This document shows, piece by piece, positions 61,938 through 64,000 of a stretch of DNA of 64,000 bases (its first letter is position 1; every line of letters starts with the position of its first letter). Made by a program: the position numbers and the translations under genes. A model generated the notes under the pieces. That model worked only from the letters and a program-made list of their open reading frames with translations. It was not told the origin of the DNA and ran no database searches. The stretch is from Hydrolagus affinis (taxonomy: Eukaryota), in the NCBI GenBank assembly GCA_012026655.1, contig JAAILG010000265.1, positions 1-64,000 of the forward strand, written 5' to 3'.

Positions 61938-64000
61938 AATATATCGCTTTTGATACTCTGAAATTGACATTGAAATTGACACACAACGTTGAAGACAAGC
62001 TATACTTTTTTTTATTGATGATGAATCAATGCTGATGAATGGCAACCAAATGGATATATAATTAAATTGATATTTAGAATCTATGCAAATTTTAAAATGA
62101 ATATATTTAACCAGCATTTTTTAATACACGAGTTTTGTCAAAATCTATGGTTCAAATGTCATATTTCAAGCCTAATATCTGCCTGAAAAAACTATCTGTT
62201 CAATATTGCTTTGATGCCTTTAAAAATAAATTGTTTGTATTCTATCTCATACCTCCAAAAATGACCAGTGCAATGTTAGGTCACCTGAATAAACCTTATG
62301 GAATCCACTCACTATGTTTCATTTCATACACAGAAAACATGTCAATTGCAATGGAACTGCCAAATTAGATCTGCCTGAAATGAAAATTCTAGTTTGTGTA
62401 TATTTGAATTCTTTCATCTTTTGCCTATTACAGTTTCCAAAGGCAACTTTTAGAAATCACTTTACTTTCTAAGCAACACACAGTATTTAATGGTGTCTCA
62501 CCCACATGTTAATTTTGCATATCCATTCTATAGAATTCCAAATGATTACAACTCTATTCTTATTTTGCTCTCATATTAAGCTGAGAAATGTTTGCTGGTC
62601 TCATGCCCAGTCCATGTCAGAATCTACAGATATACTATTTGATCCGAACGATGCAAGCTGGAGCGAAGGTAAAGCCAAGATAGATTAGGACTTCCTTCAT
62701 ACCATACATTAATCTTCATTCAGTAAAAGCCGGTGATGACAGAAAAGCAGAGAAAGAATCAAGTGGAAACAAGCTGGGGGTTGCATTTCTCTCAATGCCA
62801 TGCAGACAGTAGATAAACAACAGATACTTTTCTATTTAGTTTATAGTCCTACTTTTCTCATACTTTCCTGATTACCCAGAAGAAGATGAACTATAATTTA
62901 CCCAGTACACTTGAAAACAAAATTTAGTGTGCACTTTCGACGGAATATGTTGAACATTTACATTAAATTCCATTAAATGAGTTATATTTACATATAAATT
63001 AATGTCGCCATATACAACTAAATGAACAAGAGGCGTCACTTAGATACAGCAAAAAAATCCCAATCTGATGAGGTAATGTTTTTCAATTTTCACAGTTTAA
63101 CTCCTTCAAGGCTACATTCATACAGCACACTACTATCTTAATTTGGTTGCAGTGTTGTGAGATTACCAATCAATGGCATTTTATTTGATCAAGTCTGGAT
63201 TTCCTTCTATTACCGCTAAGTATTATTATTACTATTTTTACCACACCCATTGGAATGCATCATGGCGGAAAACTGGTTTTATACTGAAAATGCACAAGAT
63301 CTCCTTGACAGACCTGAATGAAAATTAGACCAAATAATAGGTTTGCCTCATTCATATTTAACAAGGGTTTAGTGAGTAAGATACATTTCTGACACTTTTC
63401 ATTCTACCCCATGTACCTCTTCTTATACCCATTGTAGCCGGAGAATCAGGTTGAGTAGTTTTTATTCTCATTTTAATTAATCCAAACTACATTTCTGCAG
63501 TAAAATATGACTGAACGCTGACAATATTTTCATAAACATTATGACCATTTCCCTCTCTCTGAAGGAAAAAAAATGGTTCGGTTTGATTCGATTTTATCTT
63601 CCAAGTATATCGCTGGCTCGTCTCTGTCACTCAGTAAAACAGCTTGAAAGTTGATTGTCAAATTTTAATCGCTGTTTATTGTGCATTAAAATTCCAGCCA
63701 TTCCAGGCTGAGACGGGTTCTAAAATTTTATTTTAAAATTCATAGGCTGTTCAAGCTTTCAATAAGGATTTCACATGGAAGAGCAACAAACAGCCTCATC
63801 CCATATGCTTGGAGGGATGCAAACCTTATGTTGCTTTTATACATTCACAGCCCATTTGAACTTGTCATCATTGTGACAGGAGCACCTGAACTGTTTCTAA
63901 TTAGAGTGGCTGGAATGATACAAAACTGCAATAAGAACAGTCGTCTGTCTCTTCAGCAATGAGACTTGAGGATTCAAGACTGCTGATTAAGATATTGATA

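Overview
AT-rich eukaryotic DNA with no recognisable protein-coding gene. The listed ORFs are short, and the ones I can assign derive from transposons. The repeat content is typical of a cartilaginous fish, possibly a holocephalan/chimaera (inference): about 25 copies of tRNA-headed SINEs with a Deu-type domain and a LINE2-type tail, 5'-truncated L2 LINEs, about a dozen ~50-65 bp L2 'tail-only' insertions, CR1/HER1-type 3' ends, AmnSINE2-like relics, and one CpG-rich non-autonomous hAT element with an 8-bp TSD. Between the repeats are TE-poor blocks rich in homeodomain, PBX-HOX and TCF-type motifs, resembling conserved non-coding elements of a gene desert or very large intron. The most notable items are the hAT MITE with TATCGATA/CGATA subterminal arrays and an NRF1 motif nested in an L2 tail, an unexplained ~277-bp tandem duplication with a well-conserved palindromic core (48.4-48.9 kb), a SINE-L2-SINE chimera, L2 copies that repeatedly stop at the 3' stem-loop, and two weak + strand exon candidates. 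I see no evidence for a prokaryote-type system (CRISPR, operon, prophage). Repeat family names come from remembered consensus sequences, not a database search, and boundaries of decayed copies are approximate.
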